A stretch of 63,995 bases of DNA, filler included, from Circinaria calcarea (lineage: Eukaryota), in the NCBI GenBank assembly GCA_051942165.1. It is 11 parts of 11 records of this genome, joined end to end, with 100 filler letters (N's around TTAATTAATTAA, not from the genome) between each part and the next. Parts side by side here need not be neighbours in the genome. Positions count along the whole stretch, not along the records: positions 35,218 to 40,982 come from JAVECS010001797.1; positions 41,083 to 46,842 come from JAVECS010001798.1; positions 46,943 to 52,702 come from JAVECS010001799.1; 8 more parts are not named here. One strand, written 5' to 3'. The notes under the pieces were generated by a model that was not told the DNA's origin, made no database searches, and saw nothing but the letters and a program-made list of their open reading frames with translations. This document shows positions 36,360-47,575 of the stretch, one piece after another. Within the stretch, counting starts at the first letter, position 1; each line of letters starts with the position of its first letter. The position numbers and the translations under genes were made by a program.

Positions 36360-37643
36360 ATGTCTTCGCTTACGAAATCATTTGAGAAGCTTGCCGTAAC
36401 CAAAACACGCACCAGAGGTGATACAACAAGCCTACTGCCGAGCTCGTATGATCCAAACGCCGAAGATATGCCAGAATGTCCAGTTCCCGAAATTAGCCCG
36501 TCCTTGTACACGCCAGAACGCTTACAACAAAGTTTGGTGTACGCTCAGAAATTCTTAGCACAACGAAACATTTCCCCCAGATCAGAGCTATTCATGTTTC
36601 TTTTCAAAGAAGAAGTGAAAGAGGCGCTGACCGCCAAGAGTGCCGAGGAAAGAGAGCTCAACACTAAAATGGTTATGGCTGAGGAGAGATTGATCAGAAC
36701 AAAGCGATTTCTACAACCTTTGGAATCTGCTCAAAGTGCCGAGCTACAAGAGCGCTTACTGGAACTTCGCGAACTCCAGTATTGTACGCGTTACGGGGAC
36801 TACATGAAGATTATACCAGCAGAAGTAAGGTATAATGCCAGCAGCAAGAAATTTGAGAATTGGAAAATGATATCGGCACCCACCTATTGGTCAGAGATAG
36901 CTAAAACCCTTAGATATGAACGTGAAGCGGAACAGATGGCAATCCGTAAAGGTTCCGTGCTTGATTTTATCGGTCTCCCTGCTACTGTTGCAGTACACGC
37001 AGCCTGTTCCGATATTGGCATCTCTAAAGAACTTGCCATCTGGTCGATCATGGAATATGGCGATCGCAATTTGCAGGTCCACCGCGATCTAGTTGACCTC
37101 AGAAAAGAGGGAAAGTTTCACCAACTCGCCAAGACTCTGTATGCAGACAGAGAGGAGCTCACGTCCACATTTTCAGAGTTTAAATCAGAGACTGATTTAT
37201 CTTCTCTCAAGATGATTATCCAACGCGATATCGACAAATGGTTTGATACAAGCAAGAACCCCGATAATCCGGAACAATGGAACTCAACCAAGGCGCTCCA
37301 GGACTGCTGGGCCAAAGCAGTAGAATCCGCCAGCAAGTCTAGCAAAGAAGAGCAAAGGAAAGCGAACATTGAAAAAGCCCAGAGGCTATCTGAAGGCAAA
37401 GCGGCCCGACAAAGAGAGGCTGGTAAAGCGGGTTCAGCAACCGCCAGTAAAATGAGAATGGCAAGCACCGAAGAACCTCGAGGATCGGAATTACAGAGGC
37501 AGGAGAGGACTACGCAGCAACGATTCAAACTCATTGCCCAAAAATGCAAGCTCGAAATGGAGATGGAGAAAATTAACCGTGAGCTAGCCATTTTGGAGGA
37601 AGACGACGACTTGCTAGATATCCCTCTAGCCGATGATGACTAG
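36360..37643 (+). CDS. Intronless 427-aa hypothetical alpha-helical/coiled-coil protein with an R-N-x3-H motif
   Basis: Long uninterrupted ORF from ATG 36360; EYGDRNLQVHRD (RNLQVH at 37065-37082); charged helical termini and an acidic tail. Confidence 0.8.
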   Translation: MSSLTKSFEKLAVTKTRTRGDTTSLLPSSYDPNAEDMPECPVPEISPSLYTPERLQQSLVYAQKFLAQRNISPRSELFMFLFKEEVKEALTAKSAEERELNTKMVMAEERLIRTKRFLQPLESAQSAELQERLLELRELQYCTRYGDYMKIIPAEVRYNASSKKFENWKMISAPTYWSEIAKTLRYEREAEQMAIRKGSVLDFIGLPATVAVHAACSDIGISKELAIWSIMEYGDRNLQVHRDLVDLRKEGKFHQLAKTLYADREELTSTFSEFKSETDLSSLKMIIQRDIDKWFDTSKNPDNPEQWNSTKALQDCWAKAVESASKSSKEEQRKANIEKAQRLSEGKAARQREAGKAGSATASKMRMASTEEPRGSELQRQERTTQQRFKLIAQKCKLEMEMEKINRELAILEEDDDLLDIPLADDD

Positions 37644-37663
37644 CGGACTCTGCGGGGCCCAGA

Positions 37664-37744
37664 CTACTGCGTGACCAGGAACCGGTAGATCATTTTCTTG
37701 ATCTCCGCGGGAAGGGTGAGGAAGAGGAAGGGTTGGCCCGCCAT
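37664..37744 (-). pseudogene. 26-aa F-box-like micro-ORF / truncated F-box gene
   Basis: MAGQPFLFLTLPAEIKKMIYRFLVTQ* matches the fungal F-box-like PF.FL.LP.EIR.MIY..L signature. Confidence 0.6.
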
Positions 37745-38456
37745 TCCGGGGTGACGTCTGTTCGTTTTTCGGCGATTTCAAGTGCGGTTAGACCTTTGAG
37801 TTTGGCTTTTTGGCTGGGCGAGACTCCTGTCCTCGGGATCGATGCTATCAAGACATCACGCGGGTGACAAAAAGAGTGGGACACAAGTGTCACCCGCGTG
37901 CGCATGTAATTAGATAGCTAGCTTGAGACAATACTATTACAAAATTGAGGTTATACGTCTTGAGCTGCAGTGATTCATTAGTAAATTATAATACGAAGTA
38001 GATTGCGAAGCCTTATTTACAATGTAATTATAATAAACAAAGGTGTAACCGTGGAAACCAAAGCTACCTTGTACAAGTCTTATTCCATGCACTTATCATA
38101 GTATATTTATTATTAGTATTATGTCGTATGCTATGCTATTATTAAGGGATAGATACGCCTGCTATTCTATGCGCTAGCTGATCTCCGCACTATTATTGTT
38201 ATTAGATGCTCCACATTCCATACTTTATGGCCTACATGCTACGCTTCTATTTCCATACCATGTTTCATACCGTGCTCCATTCTCCATACCATGTTCTATG
38301 CTCCATACTATTTATTATGGTCATGTTGTAAACAAAGGTCCGCTACCTAATCTGGGCAGGGCTATTGACGGATCGAGTATGGAGCATCTTGCTAGAAAAA
38401 CGTGCATTAAGAGCACACTTCCCCCTTAATATACATGATCTTTAAACCAGTCCAAG

Positions 38457-39684
38457 ATGAGCGATACTGTACACTCTCTTCTCACCCGCCCGCCCCTCGG
38501 GGCACAATCCACTATCGGCGGAGATTTCCCCCTGGACGAGAATGTAATCGCCCATTTTCCAGACAAGACCAGCGTTTTGTCAGCTGATAGATATGGTTCT
38601 TCAGCCTGGACAGTGACTGCACGCATCAGCGTTGAACTCGCTGATGGCTCCCCGCAGAGGTATTTCCTTAAATGTGCAACTGAGGCTGCCGGGCGAGTCA
38701 TGATGGAAGGTGAATTCTGGGCCATGACGGAACTCTACAACACCATGTCAACCCTCGTCCCCAAGCCCATTGCGCAAGGAAAATTCAAACGCGAGAGTCC
38801 AGAGACGTATTTCTTCCTTTGCGAGTTCATCGACATGAGCGATCAAGTCCCGGATCCTGATCGACTATGCGCTCGCGTGGCTGAACTGCATCGTGTGAGC
38901 AAATCGCCTACGGGGAAATTTGGGTTTCACGTACGAACGTGCAATGGTCGAACGCCTCAAGCTACCGAGTGGAACAGCAGTTGGACTGTGTTTTTCACCA
39001 ATTTCATATCGCACGTCATGCGTCTCGATTTCGAGACCAATGGGCCTTGGGAAGAACTTCAGGAGGTCGAAGGGAAGATAATCTCGCATGTGATCCCTAG
39101 GCTCATCGGAGCTCTAGAGGCGGATGGACGAAGCGTCAAGCCCTGTTTGATTCATGCTGATCTGTGGGAGGGAAACACCGGGACTTCGTACGAGACAGGA
39201 GAGATCTTCTTGTTCGATGCTGGTTCATACTATGCCCACAACGAGATGGAGATTGGGGATTGGCGGTGTCCATATAACAAAATCAATTCGGAAATCTACA
39301 CCAAGACCTATCTCAGGAATTATGGCATGAGCGAACCTACAGGGGAGTGGGATGACAGGAATCGATTGTACTCTGTATATTACGACATCATCTACTCGGT
39401 CAACCATACCAGCCAAGGAAGGGGCGTGCGAGAGTTGTGGGTCACCCTTCCTTAGCTTCCATCTTCCATCTTTGCGAGGCCAGGGAAGTGGAGGCATCTT
39501 GTCGAAGCGGGTACCTGAGGGGATGGGATCGAAAGAAGATAAATAGAAGCCACGCGCGTATCCATTAACATAAAATTACTGCCCAGTTTGCTTGAGTGCT
39601 AACCAGATACTTAGGGCTTACGAAAACATGTGCTACCTTGTCGACAAGTATGCACCTTCGTCAAAATCGAAAGGGCCTTGTTGA
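38457..39684 (+). CDS. Fructosamine-3-kinase / protein-ribulosamine 3-kinase family
   Basis: YFLK, SPTGKFGFHV, VIPRLIGAL..VKPCLIHADLWEGN, FDAGSYYAHNEMEIG, EPTGEWDDRNRLYS; last exon AYENMCYLVDKY..* after an intron ~39437-39614. Confidence 0.92.
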
Positions 39685-40270
39685 GAGTGCAAATGACACG
39701 GCAAGGAAGCAAGATATATGAAGCATGACCGAGGGAAGAATTGGCAGGAGAAAGCCATGGTTTTCTGCATAGAGTACTATAGAATATGGAACCACATAAT
39801 AAGGCCTCCGATTGTATTATATTGACATCTCAATCCCCTTATTGCACAGATCTCGCTACACCCACTTTAAGCACATCTAGTTGCCCGTCTCCAGACTGGT
39901 TAACGGGTAAGCTTGGCTCTTATTTTATGCCATGAGTCACGTGATATAGTTGGTACTTGAATGGTAGGCGCATTTTTCAAGTTTCTCATTTTTAGGGGGG
40001 GTGCCCATCTCCGCTAAGCGCTCTCCTTCCTCGCTAGTGGGGAAAGTGCGTTTGTTTACGTGTATTTTAAGAGTGGGTTTCGCCCAAGAAAATAAATTAT
40101 TCCACTACAAAAGTTCGGTGGAGACAGGAGTATATAATCAGACCATACGTAGGCTGTTTTTTGCCAGTAACACACTACTCGTCATTCAATAGCCTATAAT
40201 GCCCAACACGCAAAACACAACCCCCGCTGTTCACCGGAATACATCGTCCTGAGAATTTGCTCCCGCCCCT

Positions 40271-40982
40271 TCAGCATTCTCCGCCATTTGTCATCCTTGT
40301 CGGTCCAAGAGATTCAAGGTCCACTGGCGCCGCCGAGATCAGGGTATCTTCGACGTGATAAGGATCTCCCAACCAGGCGAGGAAGTCTCTCCATTCGTCA
40401 GTCAAGCACCTCATAATGCTAAATAGAGGTGAGAGCAGGTGGTGTTGAAGCTCTTTTGATTTAGCCCTAAGATAGCAAGGTGTTTGGAGTAGGGGTGACA
40501 GGAGATATGACCGGGCGTTTGAAAGGGCCTCGGCAGCCATCATCGAAATTCTCACATGCAAAACAAAAGTAGGTGCCGACAAGGCGAACGTGCGTCGGAA
40601 GGCACTGATGCTCAGTCTCAAGTACAGCAGAACTTTATGGCTGTTGGGAACGTTGAGTGAGAGCCTTGGAGCATATTCCGCTATCCATCCGAAGAAGCAA
40701 AGTGAAAAAGTTTTGAACGAAGTCTGTAAGAATTCCATCCAAGTGTCATGGTACCGCGCAATCACGGCTCCTAACAGTGCCAAACCTATAGTAACCCAAG
40801 GGGACCATTGGCTAACCATTGTCGGCAATTCGGACTCTAGCATCCACGGAGCTTGTAGAGAATAGAGCTCCCGCAGCACAAGATTAGCAATACATACAGC
40901 TGGAGATATCACCAATATAGCCATAGATATCATGTACACCGTTATAGCGAGGTACTTTGCGGTAAAGTTTTGTATAGTGTTA
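40271..40982 (-). CDS. C-terminal part of a hypothetical membrane protein
   Basis: Frame open from the spacer; hydrophobic segments flanking ESE.P..VSQWSPWV. Confidence 0.55.
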
Positions 40983-41380
40983 NNNNNNNNNNNNNNNNNN
41001 NNNNNNNNNNNNNNNNNNNNNNNNNNTTAATTAATTAANNNNNNNNNNNNNNNNNNNNNNNNNNNNNNNNNNNNNNNNNNNNAGAGAATCGAGTTTGCAG
41101 GGATTGATTACGAGAACCAGCTCCAATGAGTCTCTCCGGTTCTTTGCAGCTGGCCGACGGCGAGGTAACTTGATAATTCGGCATACGGCACCATTGATCC
41201 AATGTATCAAAGTCGCCCTCGATTTGGAAGATAAAGGTCCTTGGGTTATCATATGTTGAAAGTCTTGTTCTTAACTGTGATCTGCGTACCATATATCCTA
41301 TAAGTAATCGCTTGATTCGGTATCTGCATTCTGGATTATACAGGCTCATTTTGTCTTTTTGATATCTTGCTATTGCAATT

Positions 41381-41445
41381 ACCTCGCTGCCAATGACCTC
41401 GCTCCTTATGATCTCGCTCCCAATAACCTCGCTGCCACCCACCTC
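41381..41445 (+). repeat. 15-bp tandem repeat, ~4 copies (ACCTCGCTGCCAATG-like)
   Basis: acctcgctgccaatg/acctcgctccttatg/atctcgctcccaata/acctcgctgccaccc. Confidence 0.8.
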
Positions 41446-42156
41446 TATCACAGTCCAGCCCCTCACGACTCGTATTAATAAACGATGGATTAGTCTATAC
41501 ACGACTTACATAGAATATCCAAAATCTATATATTTGCATATTGATGAAACGCCTACGGGTCACGTTGTGCTTAAGCATTAAGAAGGGCTTTTTGAATTGG
41601 GGGTTGAAGCTGTCGATTTCCTATGGGTTTATAGCCCTTTTTTTTATAAATAGTTTATGTATAACCTTGCAGCTTTACCCATTTAATGCGGAGCAGCAAG
41701 CAAACGAATGGAAAGAGGCTTTGAAGAAACCCCCGTGGGAATACTCTGCATAAAGGCTAAGGCTCAACACTGCACCATATTGAAACAGTGATGGAAAAAG
41801 TGTGGATTTTGCATGCATGCAGAAGTTCTGCACATCCGCCGGCGCATTTTCCAGGCAATAATAGCTTTACTCCCGGAGGGTTTCCATTTGAAGCCCTTTT
41901 ATTTACAGATGTTGCTGCTGCGCCCGCAATCAAAAAGTGGGGCGAGCTGCAGGTTTTCATTTCATTGACGTGTTATAAATATACTATGGTACCATAAAAC
42001 CCATACCGTAGTTCATTCGATAGATAGTTGTAAACCGAATGAGGTTTTTCCTTCCTGAATACTTGAGCATAAATGTGATTGTAGGTATTTGGTCAGAAAC
42101 TTCGGCGGGAATGCTTTGCATAGAGGCTAAATCTGAGACTGAGGCTGAGGCTGAGC

Positions 42157-42370
42157 TAGGCTGCACCACGGGTTGGGTTTTCACGGGGTTGGGTTAAAGT
42201 TAGGGTTTTTAGCGTAGGGTTGAGTTCTCACGGGGTCGGGTTTTTACGGGGTTGGGTCACTACTAGCAATGGGTTCGGGTTCGGGTTCGAATTCGGGTTC
42301 GGGTTATATCTTACAAAACCCGACCCGAACCCATTGAGTTTAACCTAACCTAACCGGGTGGTGCAGCGTA
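42157..42370. mobile_element. 214-bp MITE-like element with TIRs and GGGTT/GGGTTC-rich interior (hAT-like)
   Basis: Left TAGGCTGCACCACGGGTTGGGTT vs reverse complement of right end TACGCTGCACCACCCGGTTAGGTT; inner inverted pair CAATGGGTTCGGG..CCCGAACCCATTG; no TSD visible. Confidence 0.7.
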
Positions 42371-43016
42371 CAGTAACAGGTGGGTCCAGCGTGAGAATAC
42401 AGTATATTAAGCAGCATATATAGTAACATGCATGAATTGGCTATCAAATGTGCGTTACTATCTAAGCTAAGCTAGTATACAGCGAAAAACGCTTTTTATG
42501 GGGGTGTGTGGAGAGTGTAGAGCGTAAACCACGCATCACCCGTATGTAGCACGTGACTCAATAAGCCCTATGACTTCCAACAAGAGCTCTGCGTTGGTAA
42601 TGCAATAGAGTGTAGTACCGCTGGATGGACGGCAAGCAATGCATGATGTTGGTGTTGGAAGTCCCCCTTTAGACCCGATTAGGCTTAGCAGTGTGTTGCT
42701 TGCCATAGCATAAAAAGCGAGCACGCACATATAGAAATTCAAGCAACCTTCATACTCTGCATGCCCACCTGCCTTTGCTCAACAGTTGGATTGTATGCTG
42801 TGTGAATCACGAAGACTCCATCTACCACAGATATGACTATGGCTATGTAGATCTTGCTAGCCCTATGCGCCGAGCTGAAATGAAGTCCGAACAGATTTAT
42901 ACAACCGCGACACCGCCGACATACCTTGTTGAATCTTAGTGTACCTTATCTAGGTAACGTCCAGTATGTGTGTTGAGAGTTGTTGCATACTTCCAACAGA
43001 CCATCGAACTAGTGAA

Positions 43017-45140
43017 CTATCCAAAATACCTTTCCCACCTTTCCCTTTTCTTTAACTCTAACTCTTCCCGCCTTTGCTTTTTTACTAACCGTACCTTTTT
43101 CCCTTTATCATTCATCTCCTTCACTAATTCTAGAGGACCTCTAGATGGAGAGTTAATAAAAATCCGAAAGAAAGGCTGTAATATATAATAAGGTATGAGC
43201 AATATACGCTTGCTCCGTCCGTATGCCGATATTCCAATCGCTACATTATACAGGAATCCATAGGACGCCAGCGTAATAGATACTCCTGTAACGCAACACA
43301 CAACAATAGCGAAGACCCATATATGCGGCTGATATTGCGGGAGCTGCAATTCTCGAACATTCATTCCGAATACCGAGCTTACTGTCGAAATGGGAACGAA
43401 GAAGAAGGCCAAGATTGTCAGTTTTCGGACCTGATCGTTCTGCTCGATGGACTTTCGACTTTCTTCTAATTGCGAGATCGTAAGTTCCTGTTGGCGGTTC
43501 ATAAGTTCCTGTTGGCTGTCCGCCGTAACATCATCTGTTTCTCTCTTGAGTAAGTTAAGGAAATCGCGCAAGCGCTTTTCTAGTGCGTCAAAGTTCCCTA
43601 GAACAAGGGTATGATCGCAGCTTTGCTTGGCTTTCTTTTCGCTTTCTGCAAAGTCCAAAGATGCCCTGAGCTTGCTTCGTAGATGTTGAATTGTCTTGAG
43701 TTTGTCATACGTTTTGTTTCGGAGTATCCGAAGGTCCCAGACAGGGTTATCGCTACGCTTAGCGGTCTTCTCTACATGCTTACTTGCACGCAGCATCCGC
43801 TGCTCTTTGAAGTAAGCCAGCCTCCGCATCTCCTGTTGGAGAAGCCTATTGAATGCATCTACGACTTTTCCACTAACCCAGATCAACGAAGTTTGGTAGA
43901 AGCTTGAAGATTTTGAGCGGGATTCGCAGAACACTCTTGAAATATCGCTATAGGCTGGACCAGGCTGGAAGATGTCCTGACCTGGAATCCGCAGGAAGGG
44001 GTTCCCATAATTGAACTCCTTGAGTGCAAACTCACTCTCATCAAAGCATGTAACGTTCTCAGAAGGTAGTAGTAGCAGGAGTACTGATAAATGTCAGTAA
44101 AGAGTAGAAAAGGTTCAAGGAATCAACCTACTCGTCGGAATTGATTTTGGGGACATTAAATAGTGTATTGTAATTCTACTTGTTCCGTGGCATTGAACTG
44201 AAGGCTTATCAAACTCCGGTGGACATACTAGCGAGGCTGGCCATTCAGTCATAGCTGAACGGAGGGTATTCCTTGAAAGAAAATTGACCTCATGAATGAA
44301 AGTCTCCAAACCCCTTCGTGCCCATGTCGCCTTGTCTGGCCATCCAGTCATATTGACGTCGCACTCAACAGTCACCGTATTAGGCGGCGGGTCAAGACAA
44401 GCATTCAAATCATATGCGTGACTGTTGGTTATATCGAAAGGCTGCCCGGCATGTGTCCACAAGTGATTCACAAAAACTTGATGATCAACCCGAAGCTCGC
44501 GGCCTAGAATTTCAAGGATAACTGGCGAGAGCTCTGAAACTATGACCAGTTGAACCGCTAAGGGATAGGACTGGTCGATAGTATTGAAACTTTCCAGTAG
44601 TCGATGAACATGGTCTTCTTTTTTGCAATCGTATTCCTCAAACACCGCTTCACCATCGTGTGGGATCTTTATTACGTGAAGCATACTTTTAAAGCCTAAG
44701 AGCACGCCAAAGAAAAAGTCACCCACGATGTTGACTTCGGGATGGAGGAACCGCATCTTTTCTGCTTCATGGTGATACGAAAAGGTTGAGCTCATCCATA
44801 CAGTAACTTTAGGGTCTTGGGATGGCATGTATGGCTTGAGACCACGGCGGAACATCCAATTGCCATCACTGTTGTATTCTGTCACCATCTGGCAGTATTC
44901 TTTCCATATCTTGCTCATAGAGCTAGCTTTGTCATCTTCATGGGTAGACGTATCTTCCCTGCCGCTTTGGTCCTCTTGACTTACAGGTTCGGCAGTGGGA
45001 GCCTCCTGCGGCGACAATGGCACATCAGACTGAGCAGCTAGACTATGGTCGATGTTGACAACCACGTCGCCTATTGAACCAGCGGATTCGTTTGATGGCA
45101 CCGCTCCCTGAATTTGTGGACTTCCGTTATCCCCGTCCAT
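43017..45140 (-). CDS. Fungal CorA-like protein (C-terminal two-TM GMN module, divergent N-terminus)
   Basis: LEESRKSIEQNDQVRKLTILAFFFVPISTVSSVFGMNV; the two ORFs join in frame via an intron ~44083-44130 (gtaggt..actgac..cag). Confidence 0.8.
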
Positions 45141-45795
45141 TATTGAGTCTCCCGTTGTTTTGAGTGTGGTATGCCTAGCAAGCGATCAATCTGTCGGAGT
45201 AAATGATTAGCATAGATGCTATACACCAAAGAGTCCTCTTTGTATACCTCCAATGCTCGAAACCACTTGTTTCGCTACCTAATATTAACTGCAGTGGCCG
45301 TTGCCTTGAAGATGACTGCTGTGCTCGCGAAAAGAATGCTCGACCTCGATTCCTCGAGTTTCTACACATCTTGAGCAGCGCAAAGGGCAGCCTTGCCTAG
45401 ACGCCAAGGCTCTGAAGGACGGTGGAGGCAGAGCACGCAGGGTGCCCCGTTCTCCCAATCTTCCAGTGTTGCACAAGGCGCCTGGGATGCGCATCGAAGT
45501 CCAATCATGATTTTGTGCCAATCAACGATCCAAAGAAGTTGACGGAGTGGATACCTGGGCTTACGCGTATCTGAATTTATCGGCGAATTAAATGTCAATT
45601 CCCATCACCCATCTTTCCCACCTTCTATCCCCTTATTCCTAATCTCTAATTCCCGCACGCTATCCTTTTAAGAATAGAATAGACCGTGCTATCCTAGTGG
45701 AGCTAATTGAGAACCCGGTTTTAGATATATGGTACACTAGGTAGTTGATTGAGAGCACGGTCCGTCCGGCTCGAGCCACGGATAGCCTCTCATAT

Positions 45796-46333
45796 CGGCA
45801 AATTACTGCCATACCCCTCGAACATGCCATTCCTTACTCCCATATCCCCTCAACTTACTACCATACCCTTTTATCTTACCGCCATACCCCCTTCCCTTTA
45901 TACTTTCACTCTCTCCATATAGAATAACTCAATGCGCCGTGGTCGGATCTCAGATATTTTTAGTTCGTTAGAAAGCCCCGATTTAGGGCTTTCTAATAAT
46001 TTAAAATATCTAAAATCCGACCACCGCGTATTGAGTTATCGTGTATAGAGAATATCCCAAGTAATAGAGGTTGCGGAAATCATTACATAGGCCCCGCACC
46101 GATTATTCTCGCAGTAGAACATTATCACGAATAAAACTGTGATCGAGGTCAATTTTGATTCGTTGAAAAGCTCTGAGTCACGGCTATTTAACGAACCAAA
46201 AATATCTGAAATCCGTCTATGGCGTATTGAGTTATTGAGTGTAGAAAGTGAGAGGTATAGAGGGAGGGGGGTATGTAAAGTATATGGGGGAGTAAGGAAT
46301 GGCATGTTCGGGGGGCATGGTAGTAATTCGTCG
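45796..46333. mobile_element. Non-autonomous Mutator-like (foldback/MITE) element, 538 bp, ~200-bp TIRs, 9-bp TSD
   Basis: 45796-46007 is an imperfect inverted copy of 46152-46333 (e.g. CGAACATGCCATTCCTTACTCCC / GGGAGTAAGGAATGGCATGTTCG); flanks CTCTCATAT (45787-45795) and TTCTCATAT (46334-46342). Confidence 0.85.
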
Positions 46334-46942
46334 TTCTCATATCCCGCTTTCTTCCAATCCATATCGAATCTCGAATCTCCACATCAATACTCTCATATAG
46401 CTATACCCATACCGCATTAAGCCTCCAGACATTTCACCGCCGCGAAAGACTCAAACCATCCTGGTTATTCGCTCACCGGGCTGAAATATCTCATATTACC
46501 TTCCCTTTTCATCAACCACTTTAATCTATCCCACATTAGACTATGGCTTACACCCATCGCATATCTATTTCCCTGCTCCTCCCCCTCCTCCTTATCCAAC
46601 CGACTCTAAATCCTCGATTCCCAGTCCCAAGCGACGAAACACCACCCTTTATCCTTAGGATAACTCACCCGCAACCCCTTTTTTATTTCCATTCCACCCC
46701 TACACTCCCTCCTACCCTCCGACTCGCCAAGTAGTCATCGCACCGCCCCACGCCACACCACATACATTTTACCACACCCATCCTCCGCCCATGCCGCCTT
46801 CACAATCTCCCACACCAACACCCTCTCCATCCTTCCCTCCTCNNNNNNNNNNNNNNNNNNNNNNNNNNNNNNNNNNNNNNNNNNNNTTAATTAATTAANN
46901 NNNNNNNNNNNNNNNNNNNNNNNNNNNNNNNNNNNNNNNNNN

Positions 46943-47220
46943 GCATGCTTCGCCAATGCATGCAGCATATGATCCAGGAAGCCTATTCCGGTCCAGATCC
47001 ATATCTGCTGTGAAGGCGAATCTTGCGAGGCGTGTGTTGCTGTGGATTGGTCGGGGACGGAGGCAGCGGAAGGGTTCTCTCCAAACTTTCGGGAAGGGAA
47101 GAACTCGGTTTCGGGGAGAAGGTCAAGGAGGCCCCCGTCGAGGGAGAGGGACAATTGGATTTTGGTTTCCTTTGTATTTCGACTTAGATAGGCTGTCCTT
47201 GCAGGCGGAGATGAGGACAT
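46943..47220 (-). CDS. HIS3: Imidazoleglycerol-phosphate dehydratase (5' part)
   Basis: RTAYLSRNTKETKIQLSLSLDGG..HASQ..TGIGFLDHMLHALAKH. Confidence 0.95.
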
Positions 47221-47575
47221 TGTTGATATAGAGACTAAGAAAAGAGTGTGATTGGCTGTATTATCATAGCACTGTCGATTCAACTCCCTGAAGCATAGCA
47301 ATTTGTTGTCGTCCAGTGATCCTCGCCTAATGCTGGGCATGAGGGACCTTCCAACTCTCAAAGGTTCATCACAAATTTAGTGGTCACCATCACTAAAGTC
47401 CCCGATTTTGATGTTGTATGCTTGAGGCAGGGTAGACATCGTCTCAATTGCCCGTCATTCATTCTCAAAAGAACATGGCATGCAGGCCGTTACAAAGTAC
47501 GCCGCCTCCCTCCAGGGTATCATATGCTGAGTCGCTATGCATGGTTGATTTCCCATTGTTTCCTTGTACCACTCA

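Noticed and set aside
37118..37591. 157-aa hydrophobic antisense ORF as an antitoxin
   Set aside because: S/L/F-rich composition is what the reverse complement of an E/K/R-rich gene yields; no independent support.
40271..46943. A single accessory island or Starship spanning contigs 7-8
   Set aside because: Contigs are unlinked across spacers, and no DUF3435 tyrosine-recombinase gene is visible.
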